Assembly: GCA_017499595.2 (NCBI GenBank)
Contig: CM039004.1
Location: forward strand, 1,736,001 to 1,800,000
Source of the DNA: Psilocybe cubensis
Lineage: Eukaryota
Direction: 5' to 3'
Length of the DNA: 64,000 bases
Within the stretch, counting starts at the first letter, position 1. Each line of letters opens with the position of its first letter. This document shows positions 1 through 11,818 of the stretch, one piece after another. The notes below the pieces were generated by a model, which made no database searches, was not told the DNA's origin, and worked only from the letters and a program-made list of their open reading frames with translations. The translations under genes and the position numbers were made by a program.

Positions 1-1758
1 TTGCTGTAAATAGGTCCAGCCGAAGCGACATTTGTGCCACATACCCGTAGCAAATCTGGGACCACAAACCTCCCTGAAGGAACTGTACATATATTTCGGG
101 ATGGCTCCAGCAAACCTACAACCGAAGAGCTTGAAGCGAAAGTTTCGAAAATGGCACTAACAGACCCCGCTGCAGATTCAGACGGGATTATGTTGGGTGT
201 ACTTGCAGTTCCATCGTGGATGACTCCTTCTGACTTCTTGGAATTTGTCGCTCCAGCGGTAGATGGTATCGCACACCTTCGGATTATTCGGTATACACGC
301 CTTCGTGGCTTTGAATTGGTAATTTGATTCTGACACCTTTTCAGAGACTTTGCTCCCAATCGTTCTATGGTCGTCATTAAGTTCCCCAACCCAGCAGATG
401 CTGCCGAATTTTCTGAGGCCTATAACGGCAAGCCTTTCAACTCGATGCAAGTATGTGGCAATATTTCTCTTCACGTCCGTAATCTCAATGTCGAGTGCAG
501 CCAGAAATCTGCCATGTAGTGCACGTTTTATCCGTTACCATAGACGTGGAAGATGTTGTTTCTCAGACAATATCTCGCATTGAGCATGCTCAAGGAAATG
601 TGTATGAATTACCAACATGTCCGGTTTGCCTCGAACGAATGGACTCCGCCGTTACAGGCCTAATAACTGTCCCTTGCTCGCACACTTTTCATTGCGCATG
701 TCTAAGCAAATGGGGAGACAGTCGGTGCGTTTCCACGCCGATTTTGCATGTTTGCATTCCTGAAAGTCTCTCCCAGCTGTCCAGTTTGCCGCTACTCCCA
801 AACACTGTTATCCTCTCATCCTACCTCTTCAACATCTACAAGGACCATACCGTTTGCTGATCCATTGGCTCAGAATCAATCGTCTTGTACATCCTGCGCT
901 TCGAGGAGCAATTTGTGGATATGCCTAATTTGCGGAAATGTCGGATGTGGTCGTTATGGTCAGGCACATGCACAGGCCCATTATCAAGCAACAACACATC
1001 TTTACGCATTGGAGCTCGAGACGCAGCGCGTGTGGGATTACGCGGGCGATGGCTACGTACATCGTTTGATACAAAACAAGGCCGATGGAAAGCTGGTGGA
1101 GCTCCCAAGCGCTGCCTCATCTGTGGCTGCAACACCACGAGAAGGGGGACTCGGACCCAGCCAAGCAGACGCACTGAGTGCGGAGAAAATTGAAGCAATT
1201 GGGATTGAATATTCATATCTCCTTACGTCGCAGCTCGATTCTCAGCGTTCATTTTACGAAGAACAATCACAAGAACTCAAATCCCAAGTAGATGAGCTCA
1301 AAACTCTCGTGGAAAAGCTGAGCGTTGAATTCAAAAAGGAAAAAGAACGAAATAGGGAAGAAGAAGTGCGCCTCCGCAAGGCAGAAGAAGAACGTATAGC
1401 TCAACTCTTGAAGGATAAAGCCAAAGCCGAAAACCGAGCAGAGAAGGTCGCGGAGCTAGCCAGACGACTAGAGAAAGAGCTTAGAGAGGAACGTGCTGTT
1501 AGCGAGGGTTTGATGAAGAATTTGAGCAAGATGCGAGAAAGGGCCGAATTGGCTGATAAAGATAGGGATGCTGCCATAGCCGAGGTCAAGGATCTCAAAG
1601 AACAATTGCGGGATGTGTTCTTCTCTCTGGAAGCTCAGAAAGCGATCGAGCAAGGTGGTGGGATTGAATCAGAGGCGGCCGGTGGGTCGATAGCTATCCC
1701 TTTACCCGAGTCGACGTCGACTACGGATGCAAAAAAGAAGAAGGCTAGAAAGAGATAA
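1..1758 (+). CDS. BRAP2: BRAP2/ETP1-type E3 ligase (BRAP2 RRM-like + RING + zf-UBP + coiled coil); 5' end lies outside the window
   Basis: LGVLAVPSWMTPSDFL (BRAP2 domain); ELPTCPVCLERMD...CSHTFHC.CL.KW...CPVCRY (RING); LWICLICGNVGCGRY..AHAQAHY...VWDYAGDGYVHRL (zf-UBP); short GT-AG introns. Confidence 0.93.
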
Positions 1759-3198
1759 ATGACATGGATTCAATTTTCCCATTGATCACGCAGGCTTTCG
1801 ATATTCTAAACATGGGTGTTTTCGATCTGACTTCGAGATCATACTTTGTGCCTCTCACTTGCTCTGAGTCAGAATCGGTGGACTGTCTCCGCGATATCTG
1901 TGTGAAATGGATGGATTCAGACTGGCCGAGCCAAGTATATAAGCTGTGTGGGTTTCTATGCGGACCCACAAGTATAGCGCCAGTCCTATATTTGCTCCAA
2001 GGGCACCGGACTCGTGTACGATCGCAGATGGGTTTAAGTATATGTCTTTAGACCAATTAACGTTCACGTCAGCTCACTTAGTGACTCCAATAAGTTTGTT
2101 CAATTCATGAATCAAGATTGAAATAACCCGCCCTTTTGCATGACCACTGACTACACCTACTATTGGCTGACTAGTGCGCAACTACATGCATACTTGCGAA
2201 ACACAGTCTGATTTTTTGTAGCGTTACAGTTTCCAGCAACACGTCTAGAATTTACCAAATGGAAGGGCACCTCAATTTTTGAACTTTCAGAATACTGGGA
2301 CCGCAAAAGTGAACCTCGTACTATTTCGACATTTCAAGTGCTCGAATTACCTCGGAAAGAACCAAAGGTAGGAAAGAAGTAGTAGTCGACCTGTGCGAGA
2401 ATTCCCCGAGTCCTGCAAATTTGACATACTAGTAAATACCCACTGTTTTGTGGTACTTCGGACAACTGGCATATGGGTATCAGAAGTTGCCAATGACATT
2501 CATTGCACTCTCCCCGTATCTAATGACAGTTGGTCGGTTATTAGTAGCTACGAATAGTCTATCTGGAAGTCTTGGCGCCGTATGCCACATAGCACAAGAG
2601 TAATTATGTAGGCGCTTATTTTTGGGTGAGGTAACTGGGCCCCCAATCTTCTTTACTGACTTTGGCTTATGACGCCATGAAGCGACCCAGCGACGAATGG
2701 CCCCCAATATCCTTTACATGTCTTATCCATATTTTACTATCCTAATCACACTGCCAAATCCCCAGGTCCAGTGTAAGCTATTCCCATCTCTCACTTTGCT
2801 TTCACTTCAACCTTCCTGACTAATTAGTTCCTAAATTTTCCTGTGCATTTGAGACTTCAATCCGCTTCTCTCTGTCAGTTATAATTTTCACATCGTGATA
2901 TATTGCCTTTCAGCCACTATTTGAAGTACAGTGAAATTAGGTTGAAGTAAAATTAGGATATTTGGTGTCCTTGTTTGCCAAGAGCTTCAATCTAGGGTAC
3001 CCCCAGTGCGTCATGGGTCTTCGCTCGGTGCTCTTGCTCATGCCCCAGCTGTCCGCTCCTCTACTCAGACAACCCTCCGCCCTCTTTCATTCAAAAATTT
3101 TCTGAACATCTTGATAAACTTCACACCGAGAACAACACCAGCGATCACAGTCTCTGCGATTATCATTGACTAATAGCGTTCATTCCGAGTCTGAGAGT

Positions 3199-4921
3199 GA
3201 TGAGCACAAACCATCGAAAACGCAAATACCGTGGCACGGCGCGATCTCACAACTCGTACTCAGGTTCAAAATCTCAGCAGCACATTGAACCGTTTCTGAG
3301 TCACCATGAAGCATATCTCAACCAGCAACAGATCTCAAGCTCGACTGCATGGGGAGTTGACCTTGATATTTCTTATCGTGGCGAGTTGACTCCAGCTACA
3401 CATCCACAACCCGACCCCCTGCAAGCACTATATATCCAGGCACATGAAGCAAATATTGTAAAGGGGTCCAGCGCAAAAATTGCAGCACAGTCGTTAGAGG
3501 TAGTGGAGTATCACACCGTTCCGTTGCCTCTTGGGACAGTTGTCTCTGAGTCTCAACTATCTGCAGCTCCCGTCGTTATCACTCCCAAGGTTGGGACTGC
3601 TCTGATTGAGTTGGGCGACGGCAATGTGCGGCAGGGTGAGGTAGAGAGAAAATCTCCTGGTGCAGCTGGTGGCCTTGTACATTCGGCATTGGTGGTTGTC
3701 GACGATGACATCGACTACGTCGATTCTTCTGCCTTGTTGCCAGAAAAGTCACCATCATCGATATGGGTTGACAGGTATGTCCGTGTTTCATGTTCTTCGA
3801 TCTGCAGTATGAGTGAACTCCCGGTCAACGATGTCGGGATTTCGATTAGGGGAATTTTTCGTTCCTCTTTTTCGCCCAAGTCTCCGATGTGATGTCGAGT
3901 ACCAGTTCATGCGGTCAAGTCGTTTACCTATGACTTATTTACATCTGGCCCATTGCCACGAAGTCAATGTTTCTACTTTCTTTTCTCGTTGAGAGGTGAT
4001 TTACAAACTTTTGCTCCCACCAGGTACGATATCCGTCTCCTCCTCAATAACACTAGACCATTTCCCCCCCTTTCTCCCGAAAAGCTACCACCTGCATCCC
4101 CAACAGGTTTCTCCGACCTTCCCTCAGACGCTGAAGATACCTTCTTTTTCTCCTCCACTGAGGTGGAAGATTTTAGGCGGGAAAAGCGTCGGCGGGTAAT
4201 GGAGCGTACAAGGGATGAGCGAGTAAAGGCGCGTATGCAGGAAGAGGGGTATGAAGACAGACTTGGAAATAACAAAGAAGAGGAGGATATATGGGGTGGG
4301 AGTGACGAAGAGGTATGTTCACCCTCATTTTCATGTCATTTTGCTTTTGCTCGTTCATGTATTCCCCATATTATCATTCCACTCAACCTTCAGCATTGTT
4401 CTTAATACTAATTTCACCTTTTAACCCAGCCCGACCAAACACAACAGGATCTTATGGAGCGAACCGCCATGCATATTGCCTCTTCACCGAACGCAGCTCA
4501 ACTTGAAATGCGCATACTTGCCAACTATGGGGCGGATAAGCGATTCGCGTTTCTCCGTGGACGGTGGAAGCGCGCATGGGGATTAGCAAAGGCTAAAGCC
4601 CGGATCAAGTTGAAAAAAAAGGTGGAGGACAAGCAGAAGGAGCCTGAATCCACGGGGGTATTAGCTCTGGCAGGTTATGGAAGTGACTCACAGGAAGATG
4701 ATGATGAGCCTGTGGCAGAGCAGGTAATATCATTCGTTTCTCCTCCATCCCTTCTTCCCTCCTCAGCACCGCCTGTTGACCCCGATGTGTCTCATTCTTC
4801 AAAAGTGCAAAGCACTAGTAGCGTCGATGCAGATGTAGAGAAGGAGGAACAGGCAAAAGAAGCTCGACGTAGGCGGCTGAAGGCATGGGCAGCGCAACGT
4901 AAGGCAGGTAGCAGCGGCTAG
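3199..4921 (+). CDS. SWAP/suppressor-of-white-apricot-like splicing regulator (DRY motif + SURP-like module)
   Basis: Splicing out 3775-4023 gives IWVDR|YDIRLLL (DRY_EERY-type motif); the last exon MERTAMHIASSPNAAQLEMRILANYGADKRFAFL resembles a SURP module. Confidence 0.7.
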
Positions 4922-5448
4922 GTAGAACCAGTGAACAATGTAATGCGTGAATCTAACTAGGACCAATATACTGTTGCAGCTTTGATACATCGCATCTGTA
5001 AACCATTCAGCTGCGTAGGAACTTCGACCTTACAATTGCCGCATATATGCAGTGGTGAAAGTTCCAACGTAGCAAAGTATTTAAATCTGTCTACTTGTCT
5101 TATGCACTTTAACCCAATATCCCAGATTTCATTGCCTGGTTTTGTCCAGGCTGGAGTTGTAGTGGTATCAAGGAGCGGGTAGAAATTTCCATTTTCTAGT
5201 TCGCGATATCTTAGCCTCCGATCTGATGAGCATCACTGCAGTGGCAATGCTTCCCGGAAGGCATGCAGACTGCAGTGCAACAATCTTGCAGAACTTATTA
5301 AATGCCTTGGCTGAACCAGAGGTCATTGAAAGTTGTTTTAATCAAAATATCTGGTTCCACGATTCCCTGCATGGAAACCAATTACAGACGGTCAGCAAAC
5401 ATGTAGAACGTTGACGGAAGATTGATGCGCACTGTTTTTGCCTACCGT

Positions 5449-5801
5449 GATCCGCCATAACAGCACGAAATAATCGACCTCGAATAGCCATGGCATGTTG
5501 TGCGATGCATGTCTTTCATATATCCCCAACCAATAGATTCTATTTTCAAAGAACCAATGCGATCCTGATTAGCCCGAGAACTTCGTGAGCAAAGTTACAG
5601 ACTAGAAACGCACATTAAGAAGGCTACAACACCATACAACCAATCGAGGGTGTTCGGCGCTGTGGAATAGCCATCGTAGGAAAGTTTTGCCTTGGATAAA
5701 CCGAATCCAGCTGTGAGGACAATTACCAGGATGCGATATCCAGTCATTAAAGGATGACTTCGGCTATGGGTTGGAAGGCCATGAGGTTCCTGATAACTCA
5801 T
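5449..5801 (-). CDS. small hypothetical membrane protein (further 3' exons not resolved)
   Basis: Exon 1 ...HPLMTGYRILVIVLTAGFGLSKAKLSY...LDWLYGVVAFL; exon 2 IYWLGIYE..ASHNMPWLF read across a GT-AG intron; TATA-like TATAGAA upstream. Confidence 0.55.
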
Positions 5802-6276
5802 TTTGATTATGGTGGGAGGGCAGGCAAACTCTAAGCTTTGCAGTCGAAGGTGAACAGTGAAAGGAGATTAAAGTTGAAGCTTGAGGCTTTCAGGTGAGCA
5901 GCTTCTATATGGTAGGAATCCATTGTCTTTTCACGGAAGGCACTGCCCAGTGACATTGCCCCTGGATATTGCCTTACGCATTTATTGTACTCGTATTTGC
6001 GATGCCAGCACTGCGTCTTACCTGCAATGCTTTATTTAGGTTGAATACCCGATTTTTATCACAGCCGTGGCAATGGATGTCCAGCACCATCTTACTTAAT
6101 AATAGTTGTGCGGGCCTCTGTCTCGTCAATTCATACGCTAACTCAAGTTGATAGTTGGTCTGAAAAATTATGAAAATCCGAACGTGCCCCCGAGATGTGG
6201 CTTCATTACAATGCGATGATAAACAAATAAAAATATAGATACATCTATGCAGAATCGAGAAAGAACACCCATGATA

Positions 6277-9200
6277 TCACAGACCTTCGAAGAAAGACAA
6301 ATCTTGGGCTGACAGCCCACCTGTCTTCGTTCCATTTGAAGCAGGCAAAATAGGCTGCGCAGCCAGTGGCGTCATGAAAGGTTGTAATTTTGTAGCAGGA
6401 GGAAAGGTAGCCTGCGCCGATTGTGGAATAGGTGTGAGGAGTGTACTATTTGACGCCGGTGGGGGCCCGAAGTTCAACAGTGGAGGCTGCTGGCTAGTTG
6501 AAGATGCAGCAGCGATGGCAGTAAGTGAAGCAGTAGCTTTTGCTTGTTGATCTTGCATCGACGATCCACTGGAGAAAAAGTCGACAGTAGAAGATACACC
6601 ATTTGCCTCGGGTGGAGGTAAAGCTTCAGGAAGTGGAGAAGGAGGCGCCAACCAACGTCCGCGTGCTGCTACGTTCTCCATCAAGCTTAAAGTTTTAGAG
6701 TGGTTAGCAACTCTGATCGGTTTGTGATGGTTTGAATGCGCATGATTTGCATTCTTTGGGACAGATGGCGACCGACTGAGTGGAAAAGATGACTTTGGGG
6801 GAATTGGCTTTGCAGGCGGTTGCGGAGGTGGGGTAACAAAGTCGTCAAAGTCATCAAAAAGATTGCTGGTGGAATGAGTAGTAGTTTGGTTAAGACTGGG
6901 TTGTGATGGTGTAAAATTGCCAAGTGATAACTGCGGACTTTGTGTATTATCAGAAGGGGAGGAAAGGAACTCCGAAAAGTCATCGTCTTCAATAGTTGTT
7001 GTTAAGGGCCGTGGTGGAGGAGGGACACTATCCCGTATTAAAGGTGGGAGGTGAGATTGTGCTCGTGAAGGGGGCGGTGGTGGCAAAGGTGATATACTGC
7101 GCGACTCAGGTCCAGATCCGACAGTTGTACGTCTGCTTAGTGATGGAGGATTTGATAATACAAACCCTGAAGTTGGTTTTGGAAGGAGAGGGGGATTAGC
7201 GGATGTTGGTTTTGATGACGAGGTCGACATTATGGCGACAAATGGCCGTTTTGTCGGAGCAGGTTTTTTCATTGGTGTGGAAGAAGGGTAGTCAAATGAG
7301 GGCCAAGGTTGATTGACGTTTCCTTTAAAGTCTAGCATTTGCTCTGATGTGTTTACAGAGTTTGTTTTAGTGGTTGTAGGAAGAGCCTGGGTTGTGAAAC
7401 CCATGACAAGTGGCGTAGGCACTGGTTTTATTGGCAATTGGGATTGAGCTGGAACCGGTTGCATGTTGTTATCATTATCAAAGAAAGAAAGAAAGTCATC
7501 AACAGGAGGATTTTCCTGTGGTATGGGCATGGATATCTGTGGAGGAGCTCTAGGAGGCGGCTTCAGTGGGGGAGGTAAAGCAGTCTGAATGGGCGGTGAT
7601 TTAATCATCATGCTAAGCGCATCTAAACCCATACTTGAATCCGGGCTTGTGTCCACTGTTGGTACATCCGAGAGAAATTCAAGATCGTCGGACGAAAGAG
7701 TCAGAGAATCTCGACCATTTGATTTTGAAGGACGGGAGGAAAATCGACCCAGAAATCGAGATACTGCCGATGGTTGTGGCACCACTTCCGCATCAGGTGA
7801 ACCAGCTGGTACAACTGTGGCCGTGACATGCTCTGGCGAGATATCAACGTCCTTAACGGAGACTGGGGGAGTATTTGTAGTAAATGTTACAACACTAGGC
7901 GAAGGTGGGGCAGTGGAACTACCAGCCTGACTTTGACTTATACTGCGACGACTGCTGTCAATGCTTGGGCGAGGAGATGTTCCTGGCCTAACAGAAGATG
8001 TACCCGAGAGATTTATTGGCGAGGACGACCTTGCAGCAGTTACGTTCTGATTATCCGAAGGAGAATTCGTTGTCTTCCTTCCAAAGAATGAGAGAAGCCC
8101 CCCACTGGATTTCTTTTTGCCATCATCTGCGGGCGACGCCTCAGGCTTCTGAGTTTCCAGTATTCGCCAGCCTGCCGGAGTAAAGTCTTCTTGTAAAAAA
8201 GTAGGCTTTGCCTTCACGGAGGCTTCCCAAGAAGTTAATCCCTTTGAGGACATGTAGAACGTCATTGGACTAATTCTTGTCAAGTGTGTGTGTCGCGTCA
8301 TTTTGAGAGCTTCAGACATTTGCTTCGAAGTAAATGTTTTCGAAAATGGTTCACTAACAGGAAGTGTCAAGCCTTCGGGAACCAGTCTAACGACGATAGG
8401 GGCTCTTAAGCAAAGGAATAAGCCATCAGGAGGCGCAATTGAATGCAAAATAAAATAACTTACAGACCAAGATGTTCTTCCATATCTGTAGGGAGTTGTG
8501 AGCCAAGAGCGTCAGTCCGAGACGGCGTGGAGTCGGACCATAGATCTTCAGATAAACTTTCGAACTGTTGAAGAATTGAGGCCAATAGCTCTGGTGGCTA
8601 CAGATCAATCAGTTTATGTCTTGTGCGTATGGCATATGAGGCTATACGAACGACATGTTCATCTTGTTTTTCTTTTTGTCGGCGAGCTACTTCCCAAGCA
8701 TCATCCACGTCCAGATTGGCTGTACTTTGCGCATCTGAAGTTGTTGGAGCAGATAATGTCTCCCATGGCCCATCCCAAACAGCGGCATCAGCAGAAGGAA
8801 TAGAGAAGCCGGGTCTAGATATTGACCAGTCTTCGGAGTCTGCACCTTCATTAGCTGTTTCAAATGTACCGAATGCGTCAAGATCATCCACAGGTCCAGT
8901 AGAGAGAGCGGGAGGTAATGTAGGGATTATCTGAGGGGAACGTGGTGGTGGTGGTGTGTCCGAAGTTGTCGATGTTGGCGAACCAAACGCGATAGTATCC
9001 TTAGGAGTCACAGAGCCTAAAGACCTCTCCACATCATTGGTTGGCTCGGACAGGGAAACGTTATTTTCAGACTGGGAATCAGGACTCGAAGACCCCTTGT
9101 CAATTGTTGAAGTAAACGGATTCCAGATGGTAGATGCGTCATTGGTCCACAATGCTTCAGAAGTATCCGGGTCATTCCACTGTGTTGTTGTTGGTTGTGC

Positions 9201-9353
9201 AGACCAAGAAGGGAGCGAGAGATCGCCTTCACCGGTGTCATGGTCACTCTGTGTTGTGGAGATGGCGGGAACAGACCAAGCAGAGGTGGATGTTAGCGAG
9301 TGCGGACTTGTCTTGGAAGGTTCACCCCATGCATTGGCCCATGGATCGTCCAT
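6277..9353 (-). CDS. large Pro/Ser-rich disordered protein with adaptor-ear-binding-like motifs
   Basis: Long ORFs 8598-9353 and 6277-8448 joined by short introns; motifs DDPW, DAFGTF, DDDFSEF, FDDFDDF; C-terminus LSAQDLSFFEGL. Confidence 0.65.
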
Positions 9354-9695
9354 GTATGTGGCCTAAACGAAGCTCCGATTTAGCTAGTTCAAGTCTGTGA
9401 GTACAAGTATGTAGTACCTGTACAACTGTACAAGTCACGGTCGAGTGATCAGATTCAGGGACGGTTGGTGCGTGGCTGTGCAACCTTCTAGCACGTGTCT
9501 GGAAACTAACGCGCAACTGCCATCATTGTCAACAGGTGAATGGGCCCTTTTCAAGCCAATCTCTTTAATAGAGGGTTATCAACCACCCATGCTGCCATCT
9601 TCGTTCCTCAGTCAACTATATAGCAGCTGAAACCGGCTTTCTCTTTGTTTCTCCATACCGCTTATCATTTACCAAATAATAACATATCATCGTCC

Positions 9696-10970
9696 ATGGA
9701 GCGGCCAGTTCACGACCCTGCTGCCGACAAACATATTCTAGACTGGGACGAATCAGATGTATATCAATGGTTTTCAAGTCTCGGATACTCTCAATACGGG
9801 GAACAAATCAAAGGTCTCTTGCATTTCTACCAATAACTGTAACATTGTAATAAAAGTTTCCGTCCAGAGCACAAAATACAAGGGGATTCACTGTGCATGT
9901 TAGATTCTGATGGGCTCAAGGCTTTCGGCATCACCACTGTAGGACAACGTCTATCGATACTTAAGTCGATTTATCATCTCAAAATTGCTCACAATATACC
10001 CTTCGGTGAAGACGATTACATTCCACCATGTAGGTTGACTTTCGAGGCTTCACAATTTGCTGACACCACGTCTAGCTGAAGCCTTTTCATCTGCTGATGT
10101 TGTTTCTCTGGAACAAATACACTCCACTATCAAGGAACAAGGTGTGATCATTTACCCCATTATCTTTGTTTTTCTTTACTTAGTCCATTACCATCCAGCT
10201 AATCGCCTCCGCACGTTGGAAGAGGACAACAGAACGCTGGCCCTCGCAATGAGATCTTTCTCTGATGAGATCATCAAACTTCGTTCTACTGTTGGATCCC
10301 CTGTAAGCGATCGTGCCTTGAGCTTCATTCGTGCGTGTCTCATAGCACAATATAGGATGAGAATCCGAATCAAATTCGAAAGCGTGTTCCTTATCTCAGT
10401 AACGAGATGGAGGCGGCAGGGAATTCTCTCGCAATTGGCGACGAGACAGCTCGAGGCAGCGTTGCCAGTCTATCGACTGCAGAAAGCTCTACCCTTAATT
10501 CCATAGCAAATCCTTCGGGTCGTGAGACTCCTGATAACTTTCCTAATAACACCAAAGTCAGTTTAGACGACCCTACATGGAAAGTTCTTCCCGCTGCATT
10601 AAAGAAGCATCGTATCAACACAGATGAATGGCCAAACTATGCGATGTTTATTAGTTTCGGTCCTGCCAGTACGTCTTTAATTTTATGATAAAACCAAGCT
10701 AAATATTTCTCAATACTAGACAATCGAACGAAGCGGAAATTGGAGCTGGAAGAAAAACCCCTATACCTATTCAAGAAGCTTAAAGAGGCTCAGAAAAATC
10801 CCGCTTTTGTCCTGAAGAACATGAAAGAACCTCGCACACCTGCTGTCGATGAAACACCTTTAAGCAGACATTCACCGAACAAATCAAATGTGCTCACACC
10901 AGCATCAAGCGCAAATCGTGCTCAGGGATATCCAACACCTCCATTATCGAGATCAAGTCCTGGATTTTGA
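9696..10970 (+). CDS. Ste50/Ubc2 paralog, short form (SAM + RA domains, no SH3)
   Basis: ILDWDESDVYQW...EHKIQGDSLC.LDSDGLK..GITTVGQRLSILK (SAM); KVSLDDPTWKVLPAALKKHRIN...YAMFI...EKPLYLFKKLK (RA); six exons splice in frame. Confidence 0.85.
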
Positions 10971-11818
10971 CACGGCACTTTTCCTCAGAGTTTGTTCATG
11001 AGATCGGATAACTGACGAAGATAGTCGTCAAAACAACTACACGTACCCTAATACAACGCCCTTCCCCGAATCTCTCATAAATGGATATCAGAAATTACCG
11101 GCTCCTTGCATTTGTCGGGTACTTCATTTCAGCAACGCTTCCAGAAAGTCCTGATCATCGCTCTGCAATCATTGGACGACCGTCGTCGGAGAGCATATTA
11201 GTGGAAATGACTTCTCCAGCAAATCTGACACTTGGAATATCATTCCTTGCATTCACTGAAGTCGAGGACGTGACAGGTAGTGGCAGGGTGGGGTATCGTT
11301 AGCTTTGAACCAGGACGGATCTATTTTACGATTTATGTCAGTAGATGTGGCCTTTTTTAACATATTATTGGGACACATATTCAGGTGAACTGTAATTTTA
11401 CTTCATTATCTACTTTGTAACTTCGTACTACATACCAACGTAAATGTGTATATACATCAATGTCACCGCAGTGTAATTATATTCTCCCAGTATGTCAGTG
11501 TTGTTGAGACAAGCCTAGTCAGTTTAGATATGGTCACGGCGTCAGTTCTGTCGCCTCTGCACTTTCATTTTGAACCTTGAACGGTGAAGCTAGATCAGAT
11601 GAATTCAAGCGGCATTTGGAGGCATTCCCTTGATTTCAAGGAGACTGTACTTTGAAATCACGTGAAGTGAATTGCCGAATAAAGATTCACTCAGACTCAT
11701 TGCTGTTGACTTGCATTAACGGTTTCGTTAGTCCAACTTGTCTCTCGTTCTTCACCATTCATAATCAGATTCTATTTACGAGATTGATATACAGGATACT
11801 CCATACATTCATATCAAC

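Noticed and set aside
1764-3100. Possible degraded minus-strand gene (F-box/LRR-like fragments such as W*ILDVLLE) or ncRNA (gaattccccg resembling RNase MRP CR-I)
   Set aside because: Stops in all frames, no coherent exon chain and no matching CR-V motif found; cannot be supported by eye
7589-9400. Antisense ORFs over long Pro/Ser-rich genes (also at 44484-44954)
   Set aside because: Shadow ORFs of the coding strand with no independent motifs
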